Assembly: GCA_020137815.1 (NCBI GenBank)
Contig: CM035353.1
Location: 5,332,001-5,396,000, forward strand
Direction of reading: 5' to 3'
Origin: Hormiphora californensis
Taxonomy: Eukaryota; Animalia; Ctenophora
DNA: 64,000 nucleotides
The translations under genes and the position numbers were made by a program. The notes below the pieces were generated by a model. The model was given only the letters and a program-made list of their open reading frames with translations. It had not been told where the DNA came from and made no database searches. Shown piece by piece: positions 1 through 12,179 of the stretch (within the stretch, counting starts at the first letter, position 1; every line of letters begins with the position of its first letter).

Positions 1-143
1 TTGTCAAAAAGCCCTTACTTAAGGCGCGCCCAATGGGTGTGCTAGTTCAGTAAATTTAGGACCCGTAAATCGAGATTGTTACTATATCAGTGTACATGTT
101 CAGGTGTTATAATAGTTGTTACTATATCAGTGTACATGTTCAG

Positions 144-2564
144 GTCCAGGACGATGAGACAGAACACAGCCTGGAAATGCAATATCCATACATCGCCAAG
201 GTAGATCAAGATGGTATTTGTTATGTTCTAACCCTCCTTACATTTGGGCGGGGCGTGCGAAACACAGTCTAGCTAGGCAAGATGGTATAATAGATGGGAA
301 CCCGGAGAATATCATTCGTTAACCATGATCTATCCAGCTATTTACAGAAATCAGAATCTGTGTCAACAACGGAAGTTGACAGCTTCGTTTTAATATGAAT
401 TTATTTTGCAAAACAACTCCACTCGCCCTGAACGAATTACTAACCATGCTTTCCCTGCAGGTCATGGAAAACTACAGGGACGCCTTTAAAATCGTTTCTG
501 TCATAGTGGGTGACGTCACGCTTGATCTTGGTCGAAAATATGCCAAGGTTAGTTACGCAAATGTAGTCTTACTGTAATTCTGCACCTGCAGCGTTGTAAC
601 TGCATCGAGCGACGATATATAAACAATTTTATTTTACACGAATCTATTTTACACGACTCTATTTTACTCTATATTTCACATCTAGGTGTTCCAACCACTG
701 CTAGCGGACCCTGGTACTGTGTTTGTTGTGTCCTCTGATTTCTGTCACTGGGGCAGCAGGTTCAGATACTGCCACACGGAGGGACCACCTGACCTCCCCA
801 TTTGGAGAGGAATTCAAACTCTTGATAGAATGGGTACGTTATAATACCTGTCAATATGTAGAGCATGTCAAGCCCTGCATGCCACTACTATGACCTGATA
901 CGGCGTATAATTGTTGAGTGTCTTTTACCGGCAAGAAATGACATATATGTCTTATAAGACATTCCCCCCCCCCCGACATCGCAATATAAGCAGCTTCAAT
1001 TCTTGAAGTTCAAGATAAAAAATATTGTTCATACTTTCTTTTTGCGGAGCATGCGACTCCGACTCCTACTCAATCATTAACATTTAATACTTGTTGGTAC
1101 TGCACATGTTCACCGGTATATAGGTCCATGTCACACCAAGTGTAACCAATTGTGTCGCCCTCTCCATGTCACACCAAGTGTAACCAATTGTGTCGCCCTC
1201 TCCATGTCACACCAAGTGTAACCAATTGTGTAACCCTCTCCATGTCACACCAAGTGTAACCAATTGTGTCGCCCTCTCCATGTCACACCAAGTGTAACCA
1301 ATTGTGTCGCCCTCTCCATGCCACACCAAGTGTAACCAATTGTGTCGCCCTCTCCATGTCACACCAAGTGTAACCAATTGTGTCGCCCTCTCCATGTCAC
1401 ACCAAGTGTAGCCAATTGTGTCGCCCTCTCCATGTCACACCAAGTGTAACCAATTGTGTCGCCCTCTCCATGTCACACCAAGTGTAACCAATTGTGTCGC
1501 CCTCTCCATGTCACACCAAGTGTAACCAATTGTGTCGCCCTCTCCATGTCACACCAAGTGTAACCAATTGTGTCGCCCTCTCCATGTCACACCAAGTGTA
1601 ACCAATTGTGTAACCCTCTCCATGTCACACCAAGTGTAACCAATTGTGTAACCCTCTCCATGTCACACCAAGTGTAACCAATTGTGTAACCCTCTCCATG
1701 TCACACCAAGTGTAGCCAATTGTGTCGCCCTCTCCATGTCACACCAAGTGTAACCAATTGTGTCGCCCTCTCCATGTCACACCAAGTGTAACCAATTGTG
1801 TCGCCCTCTCCATGTCACACCAAGTGTAACCAATTGTGTCGCCCTCTCCATGTCACACCAAGTGTAACCAATTGTGTCGCCCTCTCCATGTCACACCAAG
1901 TGTAACCAATTGTGTCGCCCTCTCCATGTCACACCAAGTGTAACCAATTGTGTCGCCCTCTCCATGTCACACCAAGTGTAACCAATTGTGTCGCCCTCTC
2001 CATGTCACACCAAGTGTAACCAATTGTGTCGCCCTCTCCATGTCACACCAAGTGTAACCAATTGTGTCGCCCTCTCCATGTCACACCAAGTGTAACCAAT
2101 TGTGTAACCCTCTCCATGTCACACCTTAAGTGTAACCAATTGTGTCGCCCTCTCCATGTCACACCAAGTGTAACCAATTGTGTCGCCCTCTCCATGTCAC
2201 ACCAAGTGTAACCAATTGTGTCGCCCTCTCCATGTCACACCAAGTGTAACCAATTGTGTAACCCTCTCCATGTCACACCTTAAGTGTAACCAATTGTGTA
2301 ACCCTCTCTCTCTTCCCAGGAATGGATGCAATTGAGACGTTAGATCCTGCTGCATTCGAAAGCTACCTGAAGAAAACCCAAAACACGATATGTGGACGTC
2401 GCCCCATACTGCTCCTGTTATGCACAATCGAGAGACATTTAGAGGTGGTTGGAGGTGCCCGGGGAACACTTAAATTTCTCGATTATTCCCAGAGTAGCCA
2501 ATGCGTGAGAAGAAATGATAGTTCTGTTAGTTATGGAAGCGCGTCACTCACCCTAGATCAGTGA
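144..2564 (+). CDS. MEMO1: MEMO1 (mediator of ErbB2-driven cell motility 1), 3' part; exons 144-200, 461-547, 686-833, 2320-2564; 5' exons outside window
   Basis: GT-AG joined exons keep frame and give [16 protein letters not shown] / [17 protein letters not shown] / [16 protein letters not shown] / GMDAIETLD...NTICGRRPI...YSQSSQC...DSSVSYGS. These are the MEMO-family motifs [25 protein letters not shown]. Confidence 0.93.
218..280. mobile_element. 63-bp mini-element (TTG...CAA family) in MEMO1 intron
   Basis: 8-bp TSD gatggtat at 210-217 and 281-288; same family as 4378-4423, 5218-5276, 15883-15949, 30394-30484. Confidence 0.85.
1125..2308. repeat. 38-bp minisatellite, about 31 copies, in MEMO1 intron, running into the splice acceptor
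   Basis: Unit tccatgtcacaccaagtgtaaccaattgtg(tcg/taa)ccctc, head to tail, no spacers; last unit merges with ctctctctcttcccag (AG 2318-2319). Confidence 0.97.
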
Positions 2565-3146
2565 CGTCATATATAATTAGCGTTAATAAATTATATACAG
2601 ACACTTGTTATATTTTCCTTTAGAGTTTAACTTATGTGTTGTGATGTGAAACACGGAGGAGCTACTCGATATATGTGTTTGGCGTGTCAAATTTCCTTGA
2701 AGTCCTGTCATCCCGAGATAATATATAATTTCATGGAGATTTATCAATTGGACCTTTTATGGAAATTCGAGGGATCTGACTTGACAAGCTGCATCCTTTT
2801 GCGTTATCCCACCGTCCGACATAAATCGCTTTGTGAATCATTTGAGGAAGCAAATTGTTTTCTATGTAGCATATTATATGATATTTATCTGGGCCTATTT
2901 AACTTTTATTAAATACCAAGTTAAGGATGTCACAGTGCTGCTTGTAGTCGTATTACCGTAATGGAAATACAGTAATGAGACGCGCACGTTGCATAACGCG
3001 CGGCAAAAAGTGCATGTGTTCAGCACATACTAGCGCCCTGATTGGCCACGGTTGCGTGTCGTCTTACTGTATCTCCGTTTTCCATTACCGTTTTCCCACT
3101 ACGAGCGACTGTGTTATATATTAGTTCCTCTCTTTCTCTCAAGCCT

Positions 3147-3362
3147 ATAATAGGGACTCCCTTGGTAACGAAATTACTCCTATCTTGCCTGACAACGCTA
3201 AGCTGTTGTCAGAGCATTGGCCTGACAACGCCAAGGTGCACCTCATGCTACCGCCCTGTATGGCGGCGCCATGCCCCATTTGAGCAACAGATGGGCGCCA
3301 GACAGCTACCGCCCTGCCACCGTGGCGGGGTAATTTCGTAACTATAGGCACTCCCTATTATA
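3147..3362. mobile_element. MITE with ~35-bp imperfect TIRs
   Basis: ataatagggactcccttggtaacgaaattac at the left end versus gtaatttcgtaactataggcactccctattat at the right end. Confidence 0.65.
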
Positions 3363-4377
3363 TGTTAGATGATACCAAGACAAGGATATCGATCACTATT
3401 ATAGGTTATGAAAATATAGTTTTAATAATATATTGGGGGGGACGACATGTTAATTGTTAATAAATCACCTCTTTTTTTCGATTTTGTTAATTAACAAAAT
3501 TAACAAAGTTAACAAATCAGCAAATACTGTTCTTATTGGTTGATAATACGACTTTAACTGGTTTAATTTTATAGTTTAATGACTTTTCTAACACATATAT
3601 ACCCAAACAAGGCCTCTTCCGATAACCAAAGTCCGACATACATGTTTTTTTTGGCTCAAAATCGATAAACATCCAAAAGTTACAAATGTTTCAATTTAGC
3701 GTATAAAATCTCACTTTAACGTGATTTTTTCATTGATAATCGATTCTTTGAACGAAAGAAGAGGATTTACAATGTTTCTGTCGGAAAAAGAAACAAAATA
3801 TTTCCAAAATCAATTTTTTGGTCAAAAATTGAAAATTTGCTTCGCTGGGGGGGTGCCGGCCAATAATTAATGAGGATGAGGTCTTGTCCAGCGTTTTTCG
3901 AATTAATGAGGGCCCTCAAAAATCCTCAAAAACCTCAATAATCCTCAATAATCCTCAACAATTATTTTATAGTTTTTACAAAACTTTTGGCGATATTATC
4001 GGGCATACACAAAACACATTCCTTAATAGGAGTAAAACAGTTAGCCAATTTTCCCAGATACCCTGGTGATAATCCTAAAAACATCCTCAAAAATCCTCAA
4101 AATGTTTGTATGTACATATGTACATAAAAATTAAATTTTGCAAATTTTGCAATTTTTTTTCCGATTTGGCTGAAACCTTCCCAGAAGTTGTGGACAGGTA
4201 CACAGAGAAGGACTATGAAGTTTCAGCCCTCTACTCCAACTCCTTACGGGTAAAAAACAGTGCAGGAAGTGCTACTTCCTGTGCACCCATTTTTGCCCAT
4301 TTTTGCCACTTTAGGGTGTCCATTAAAATTCAAAAAAATGTCTCGTTGCTTCTTAGATTGCTAAGAGTCTTCCATAT

Positions 4378-4423
4378 TTGCCAGGTTAGACTGTTTTTCG
4401 CACGGAGGGTTAGAACATAACAA
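4378..4423. mobile_element. 46-bp mini-element (TTG...CAA family)
   Basis: TSD ttccatat at 4370-4377 and 4424-4431; ends ttgccaggttagactgt / ggagggttagaacataacaa. Confidence 0.85.
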
Positions 4424-5217
4424 TTCCATATGAAAAAATAATTTTATTTTTTCGCCATTTTTTGGTAGGCTTGCCAGATCATACTACGCAAGGCTTCATT
4501 TAGTGTAATTCCATTTGACCTTTGTTGCTATTGTTCTTATAGAGGCCCATAAACTCATAGAGATTCTAAATGAGGTTAATACAGAGGGCCATAGAGGCCC
4601 AGAGAGGCACATGGCATACATTGTATGCCTATCAATATCCATAGAGCGCCATCTAGTCCCATAGAGGTTCATACAGACCCATAAACCGCCCATAGAAGCT
4701 CCCTAGAAGCCTAGATAGCCATATGGCCCATGTGGGCTCACAGAGGCCTCCAGAGGACCATAGAGATCCGTGAAGGCCCATAGAGGCCTATGCGGGCCCA
4801 ATGGGGACTCTTTGAGCCTATCATGGACTCTAAGGGCCTCTATGAACCTCTATGGGCTGCTATGGAACTCGATGGGCCTCTATAAATGGGACTCTATGGG
4901 ACTACAGAGGCCCTCGGCCTCTTTCGGTCTCTATACCCTATAAGGGGCATCAAGGGGACTCTATGAGCCTCTAGTGGCATCTGTGGACCTCTATGGACCT
5001 CTATGGGACCCTTTGGCTATCAATGGGGATTCTAGGTCCGTCTATAGGCCTTTATGGGTCTATAGTACTCTATGTGGCTCAGGATATGGCCCTCTATATG
5101 AACCTCTATGGGTCTTGATGTGAAGTTAATAGCTTTGCTAAAAGAAAGCAGTGCTTCAAGTGTGGGAAGCCAAAGAGCACGGGCAAGAGCACTTGAATTG
5201 ATAATCAGTGCATTTTA

Positions 5218-5276
5218 TTGTTATGTCCTAACCCTCCTTATGTCCTAACCCTCCTTTACACAGTCTAGCTAGGCAA
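5218..5276. mobile_element. 59-bp mini-element (TTG...CAA family)
   Basis: TSD gcatttta at 5210-5217 and 5277-5284; internal duplication of ttatgtcctaaccctcc. Confidence 0.85.
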
Positions 5277-6299
5277 GCATTTTATACCTCTAAAATATAA
5301 TATATTATTGTTTTTCATCAGGCATTTGCTGTGTTTATGTTTAGATAGAACGAAAAATTTTTGAGGATTTTTGAGGATTTTTGAGGATTTTTGAGGGCTT
5401 GTCCAGCAAATAATAAATGAGGATTTTTGAGGTGACCTCAAAAATCCTCATAAATTCCGGCCGGAACCCCCCCGCTTCGCTACAAATCCTTGTGTTTTTT
5501 TAGAAAAATTGATTTTTGGGATATTTTTTGTTTTATGGTAAATTTATGAGTCTTATTTAGTTTTTAGGGTTAAAAAAGGTGGATTAGGGTTAATTGACTT
5601 CAATTGCGATTTAGTTTGGCTAGTTTTTATTAAAATTTACACAATGGAACAAATCGCTGTAGAAAAGCCGTTGTAGAGGTTAGTAGGGGTGTGCAAATCG
5701 TGCAAAAGGAACAACTTTGCTCGCAGAACAAGTGTTAAATACCAAAAACACGCGCTAAAGGTGATTTAGATGGCATAAATGGCATTTGTTAACGTTTGTT
5801 AACTTTTTGTTAATTTTGTTAATAAATCACCTGTTTTCTCGATGTTAATATTAACAAAGTTAACAAAATTAACATGTCGCACCCCCCAATATATTAAATA
5901 TAGTTTTAATAATATATTAATGCTTGTGTGTGGACCATTGCAATCCAAAGAGCTATATACTGTTATAGTGACACAGCAGTACAATACAGGGTCATTTTAA
6001 ATACACACCCTGTGAGAGAATATTTGGCGCTTTAGGCTTTTAAATATTGGGTGAGGCTTCGGAGAAATATTGAAAGATGTCTTAAGACATCTTTCAATAT
6101 TTCTCAATTGATCCACAGTTTTCCATATTGTTAACTTATCATTGTCAATTTCTCTTACGTTTTCTAAAACCAAACACCGAATAACTTTTTCTTTGTTCAA
6201 CTTGACAATATATGTAGTCGGACACCGATTTACCTGCAGGACCCTTGGGACAATAGCCCGGTAATACGTCGACCTGACTGACACTCAGACAGTCAGTAA

Positions 6300-6542
6300 C
6301 TATGGTCTTGAACCACCTATACTAGGAGAAAGAGCTTTTCTGAATCACCTTTTCGAGACGAATCCAACGCAACCGGAATGAGCTTTCTTTCTTATAATCG
6401 GGTAGTTGAGTCCCTTCATTTAAATGTATTTTTGGTCATTTTTCGCGATTATAAGATAGAAGGCTAATTCCGGTTGCGTTGGATTCGTCTCGAAAAGGTG
6501 ATTGAGAAAAGCTCCGTGCCCCTAGGGGGTTTCAGACCACAG
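6300..6542. mobile_element. Hairpin-type MITE; related decayed copy at ~25970-26172
   Basis: Long inverted arms aatcaccttttcgagacgaatccaacgcaaccggaat / attccggttgcgttggattcgtctcgaaaaggtgatt. Confidence 0.75.
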
Positions 6543-6857
6543 TCAGACCCTATTCATGACTATCCGAAATTTCATGACTATCCGAAATTTCGGTGCACAA
6601 GCCAATAAGAGGCCTGTGTTTAGAAATAAAGGCCTCTGATTGGCTCGCGCACTACACCGAAAAATGACTCCGTTCTGTAAGGGGTTTCCAGACCACTGCA
6701 CAGTCGTCAGTCACTCAGTCAGACACTACCTAGTTCCTGGTATACCGAGGTGCGGTGTAGGGTATACAGAGAAATCTGTACCGGAAGGACTGTGGCTGAA
6801 CGCCATTGAAAGGGATATCAATGCAACACCCCCAGGCACTGGATTTATCCTAGTCTA

Positions 6858-7817
6858 GACTGACTGACTGACTGACTGACTGACTGACTGACTGACTGAC
6901 TGACTGACTGACTGACTGACTGACTGACTGACTGACTGACTGACTGACTGACTGACTGACTGACTGACTGACTGACTGACTGACTGACTGACTGACTGAC
7001 TGACTGACTGACTGACTGACTGACTGACTGACTGACTGACTGACTGACTGACTGACTGACTGACTGACTGACTGACTGACTGACTGACTGACTGACTGAC
7101 TGACTGACTGACTGACTGACTGACTGACTGACTGACTGACTGACTGACTGACTGACTGACTGACTGACTGACTGACTGACTGACTGACTGACTGACTGAC
7201 TGACTGACTGACTGACTGACTGACTGACTGACTGACTGACTGACTGACTGACTGACTGACTGACTGACTGACTGACTGACTGACTGACTGACTGACTGAC
7301 TGACTGACTGACTGACTGACTGACTGACTGACTGACTGACTGACTGACTGACTGACTGACTGACTGACTGACTGACTGACTGACTGACTGACTGACTGAC
7401 TGACTGACTGACTGACTGACTGACTGACTGACTGACTGACTGACTGACTGACTGACTGACTGACTGACTGACTGACTGACTGACTGACTGACTGACTGAC
7501 TGACTGACTGACTGACTGACTGACTGACTGACTGACTGACTGACTGACTGACTGACTGACTGACTGACTGACTGACTGACTGACTGACTGACTGACTGAC
7601 TGACTGACTGACTGACTGACTGACTGATTTACTGACTGACTGACTGACTGATTTACTGACTGACTGACTGACTGACTGACTGACTGACTGACTGACTGAC
7701 TAACTGACTGACTGACTGACTGACTGACTGACTGCCTGACTGACTGACTGACTGACTGACTGACTGACTGACTGACTGACTGACTGACTGACTGACTGAC
7801 TGACTGACTGACTGACT

Positions 7818-7853
<36 letters not shown>

Positions 7854-7884
7854 CACTGACTCACTGACTCACTGACTCACTGAC
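6858..7884. repeat. (GACT)n microsatellite, ~1.03 kb
   Basis: Near-perfect tetranucleotide run; variants only in the 3' quarter, ending in GACTCACT units. Confidence 0.99.
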
Positions 7885-8217
7885 GATATATTGGGGTCAA
7901 ATACTGTTAATTTTCTATATCTTATAATATTCTTTCAGGTAAATCGGAGCCCGGTAAATCGGGGTACGACTATATACTATACAGTCCACATGTTCCAGAA
8001 ATTATAATATGTATATATGCTAGTGCTACAATACGGATACCATACGAACCATATTATATGATATCTGGTCGAGTTGAGCGGATATATAATCATATTCTTC
8101 TGTACTACTACTAATGACTATGTAATTTAAGATGTAAGGTTTAATTACGGGATAGAGTCTCTGTTAGAGAGATACAAAATAGACTGTTATCATGGACGGA
8201 CTATTGCTACAGACATT

Positions 8218-8397
8218 CGGGAAAAACAGTCGTGCCTGAACTTCAGGTTCAGGCTACTATATACGGCTATTTAAATAACCGTGGCCTTAACCTATATATA
8301 TTTTTCACTGAAACCTGAGATCTTAGGTCTCAGTGGAAAATGGCCGTGGCCTGTGGTTCAGGCACAACTGAAACCCCATAGACTATAATAATATACA
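8218..8397. mobile_element. MITE family with cagtcgtgcctgaac TIR; other copies ~47484-47695, ~48075-48255, partial ~57712-57760
   Basis: acagtcgtgcctgaac ... gttcaggcacaactg; same termini at the other loci. Confidence 0.7.
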
Positions 8398-9812
8398 CAT
8401 GTGGAGCCGCTGACGGGAATTTCCCGTCTGAAGAACGGTCAAACCCCGTGCGAGGGGAGCGAACAGAGGAGCGCGACGTGTCCAAACCTTTGCCACTGTG
8501 CCACTGCATAAACCACCTGCACCATACGGCACACATTGTTTTGATCAGTCGACGCTCGAATATAATTATGTTCTCTATAATCTGTATGTGTATCTTCATC
8601 TCTCCCCAGTCCCCACCCCCTCTCCCTTCCTCTCTTTCTGTCTCTCTGTGTCCCTCTCTCTCTCTCTTGGGCACTATAATTATTGTTACATATAATAAGT
8701 CATTGCTACAATAATTAATGTAAGTTACTCTGCCTCTCTGTTGATTAATGAAACATCATCTCTTGTTGAACTTTAGTGCTCGCTCATGGAACCAAGAGTT
8801 GAACAGCACTTCCTTTCTTGATGAGCTCAAGTTTCGGATTCTTGAGGAAAGTCAATGATAGAACGTTGAATCTCGTTGAATCTGTTCAATTGTCCCAGAA
8901 TCGGATCACTCATAGTAAATAGCCATGATATGACTGCCATATGTTGGCATAGATAAGTTGTTGTTTTTTGCCATACGCCATACCTCAGCTTGCCGCAATA
9001 TTTCATGGTTTCACGCAATTGAAAGTCGAAACGTACCACGTACTGTCATACTGACATCTGTCGACAGTGGATCACTAGCTATATATTGTATTCTCGAAAT
9101 AGATAGTTATTATATTCTGACTACTTATGGTAAACGCAGTTGTCAATTATCTAAGACTGTCCTTTCCTCACCGGTAGCATAACATTGTGTTGTCCCCGGA
9201 CGAGAGCATGAAACAGAGACACACCTTGAACACACAGACACACACACACACACACACACACACAGCTTGTGCTGGTTCGATCATGCGTTGTGCCATCTTG
9301 TGTGATTAAGCAGAATACAAACTCCCCTCAAGACAATATAATACAGTGTAGCGAATCACACACACTGTCTAGTTAGAAGCTTCTCTTTATAGCAAGCTGC
9401 CATATACCAGCTGACGCACTACCCGCTGTGTTCTTCTTTTGATCTTCGAATTGGGTGAGATACTGATTGTGTGAAACAAGATCGTTATGATATGATGTAA
9501 TATTTAGATTCTATTTGTGTCTGTCGCAGTCACCGGGGGCGAAGTGGAGGGGGCGAAGTGGAGGGATGACAGGTTGCCCATCACAACCTAGGGTTCCCTC
9601 AATTTTCATCCAATATTCACGCCCATTTTTCACCAATTTTATAAAATAAGAGCGCTGGTATCACCAACTTAGCTTTTACTGCAAATTGCGTATAACATAA
9701 ATCATAAGGCCAGGGTAACTAAGCTCTTATATATATGATAACTAGGTATAACTAGTTAGTTTCTAACCTATTTACTAAAGTTAAACAGTTCCATCGATAT
9801 ACGTTTATATTG

Positions 9813-10076
<264 letters not shown>

Positions 10077-12179
10077 GCACGGTTAAGCTTCTTGCAACTC
10101 CACGCGTTTCGCAGTATATGCCCATTTCCAGGCTTTAACTTGTTAACCTGATAGAAAGGAAACAGTTTACTGTTTAGAAAGCTTTTATTGAGGTTCTTCA
10201 TTTCATCGAGAACCCCTGATTAACCCGTCTCCATAATTGAGAAAATTCATCTCATTGGGGTGTGGGTTGTTGGCTTTGTTCCCGTTATTTAATAAAGTCT
10301 GTATTTTTTTTCATCTAATCAGTTCTTTAAAAGTTTATATGTGACCAGTCATCTTATTAGTATATCTTCAATTAGGAGTGAGTTTTTCCAAAGTGTGTAA
10401 GGATCTTTTTTGCGTTAGGTATTATACCGCTCTGAAGCTCGTCAGTTTCAGGAACAGATTTACTTATCTGGCCCTGTCGTGTCTGTGGCAGTTTACCTCT
10501 CACGTGTGTCTGCAGATTGGATAATCTCATGGTACTTTTTTCCTGTTCAAATCGGATACCGATAGCTGAGATCAGACAGGGTATATGACGCGTTAGAGAT
10601 ATCAGATGAAAAAAGAAAGACTGATAGAGGGACTGAGAGGGGAGCAGAGAGAGAGGAATAAAAAGAAAAAGGATGAGAGATCGGGCATCATACACACGCG
10701 GAGATGGAGAGAGATATAGAGAGAGAGAGTCATGCGTTCGCGTTCCCTCAAATTAAGTGTCAAGAGCCGGGGGACTCTCGGGCCGAGGAACTCTCGAGAT
10801 TGCGTGGCATTTCTTTTATGTCCGTAGTGTTTGAAACACGCGACCTGTAGCTTACAATATCTTTTCGATTTAAGTTATAAGTTGTAAAAGTTGATTCTTA
10901 ATTAAATTTTAGTACTGCTGTTGTAATGGGTTTTGATACGAGAACGACAAGAGAGATGGTGTGCGGAACCGAAGCTCCTGAACTCAATTTTAGTCAACCA
11001 TAAATACCAAATTACTAGACTAAACAATATCTTAACAACATGTTAAACATGTATACAGCTGATGCTATTGACGTGAGCACTCAGCTGTATCATAGTATAA
11101 CACTGCCAAATCGTTGATTTTGTCCTGTCAGCTAGGTTCTACTGTAACTTCATTCCACCTAATTAATGGTATGTAGTTAGTATTTAGTGGGGTACCGAGC
11201 TTTTGATTGGACGATATCATAACGAACGTTGCAAAATTACAATCGTTTATTATACTGATTTTACTCAGTTGAAACCCTTCAAATTGGTTATGTCATGTCT
11301 GAATCACTGATTGATATTAATGATAAATACTTTGACGTTCTCCTTATATTCTTTCTTTCAGCTTTAGTAAGCATTTAGTAAGAATTTTATTAGAGGTAAG
11401 CAAGAAATTAGTTAGAATTTAGCAAGAATTTAGCAAGGATTTGATAATAATTTAATAAAAGTTTAGTATAGGAAGTCATTTTGATATCCCCTTCTGGTGC
11501 TGATACACACTCACGCCCTCTGTTACAACAGTTGAATGGGGAATTCTCACACACACTCGGGCAGATCACGGTTAAGGAGAGACTAATTGATTCATTATAA
11601 TTCTGAATAAAGAGATCTGATAGCTCCGAGCATGTCTCTCTGGAGGTCCCTGGTTCAATTCCCGGACAAACCCAGTATTTTTCGATTTTCTTCCGGCCTA
11701 TTTAATTCTTACTCATATCTCTTTATCCAGAAGAATTTACTTTGTACTACATAGAATTAATATTGGGTTGCGCAATGCCCAACTACCATGGTCTTGTCAA
11801 TCTCTTTGAAGTGTCTGTTATCCTTTAATTAATCCTGTGCTCATATATTGCTTCATCGTGGTTATGAAATATGAAATTACTCGTTATTACATTTCACCCA
11901 TTTTTCCTGCCCGGGTAAATGCCTTCGGATCGGGATTTTGTGTCCGGCCGCTTGGCGCTTGCAGTTGCTGCTACAGCGAATCGAATGTAGCCATGTTTTC
12001 TTTCTTCACAGCTTCACAGGGAAATTCAGCGTTATGTTAGAACATAATGCAATTAATCTTGTTGTTTAATATTCTTCTACATTTGAACTCGGCATAAGGG
12101 AATGGCATTAAGTCAATGATTTTTGTAGAAGCTGTATTTACTATTTTTAACAACTGTTTGATTCAGTAACAGCAATATA

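Larger units (their letters stand above)
3847..5473. mobile_element. Nested non-autonomous DNA transposon, poly-G/poly-C termini, 8-bp TSD (Merlin-like)
   Basis: Termini gggggggtgccggcc / ggccggaaccccccc; TSD gcttcgct at 3839-3846 and 5474-5481; subterminal aaaatcctca repeats; internal inverted catagaggcc / ggcctctatg tract ~4540-5115. Confidence 0.85.
3435..5887. mobile_element. Non-autonomous DNA transposon, poly-G/poly-C termini, 8-bp TSD (Merlin-like); outer element of a nest
   Basis: Termini gggggggacgacatgttaatt / aattaacatgtcgcacccccc; aatatatt at 3427-3434 and 5888-5895; subterminal ttaacaaa repeats. Confidence 0.8.

Noticed and set aside
1125-2308. CRISPR-like array of 38-bp repeats
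   Set aside because: Units are head to tail with no unique spacers, there are no cas genes, and the array lies in a spliceosomal intron.
11558-11668. tRNA gene (B-box-like ggttcaattccc); similar A/B-box hints on the minus strand at ~8420-8545
   Set aside because: I could not build a cloverleaf; at most decayed tRNA-derived SINE heads.
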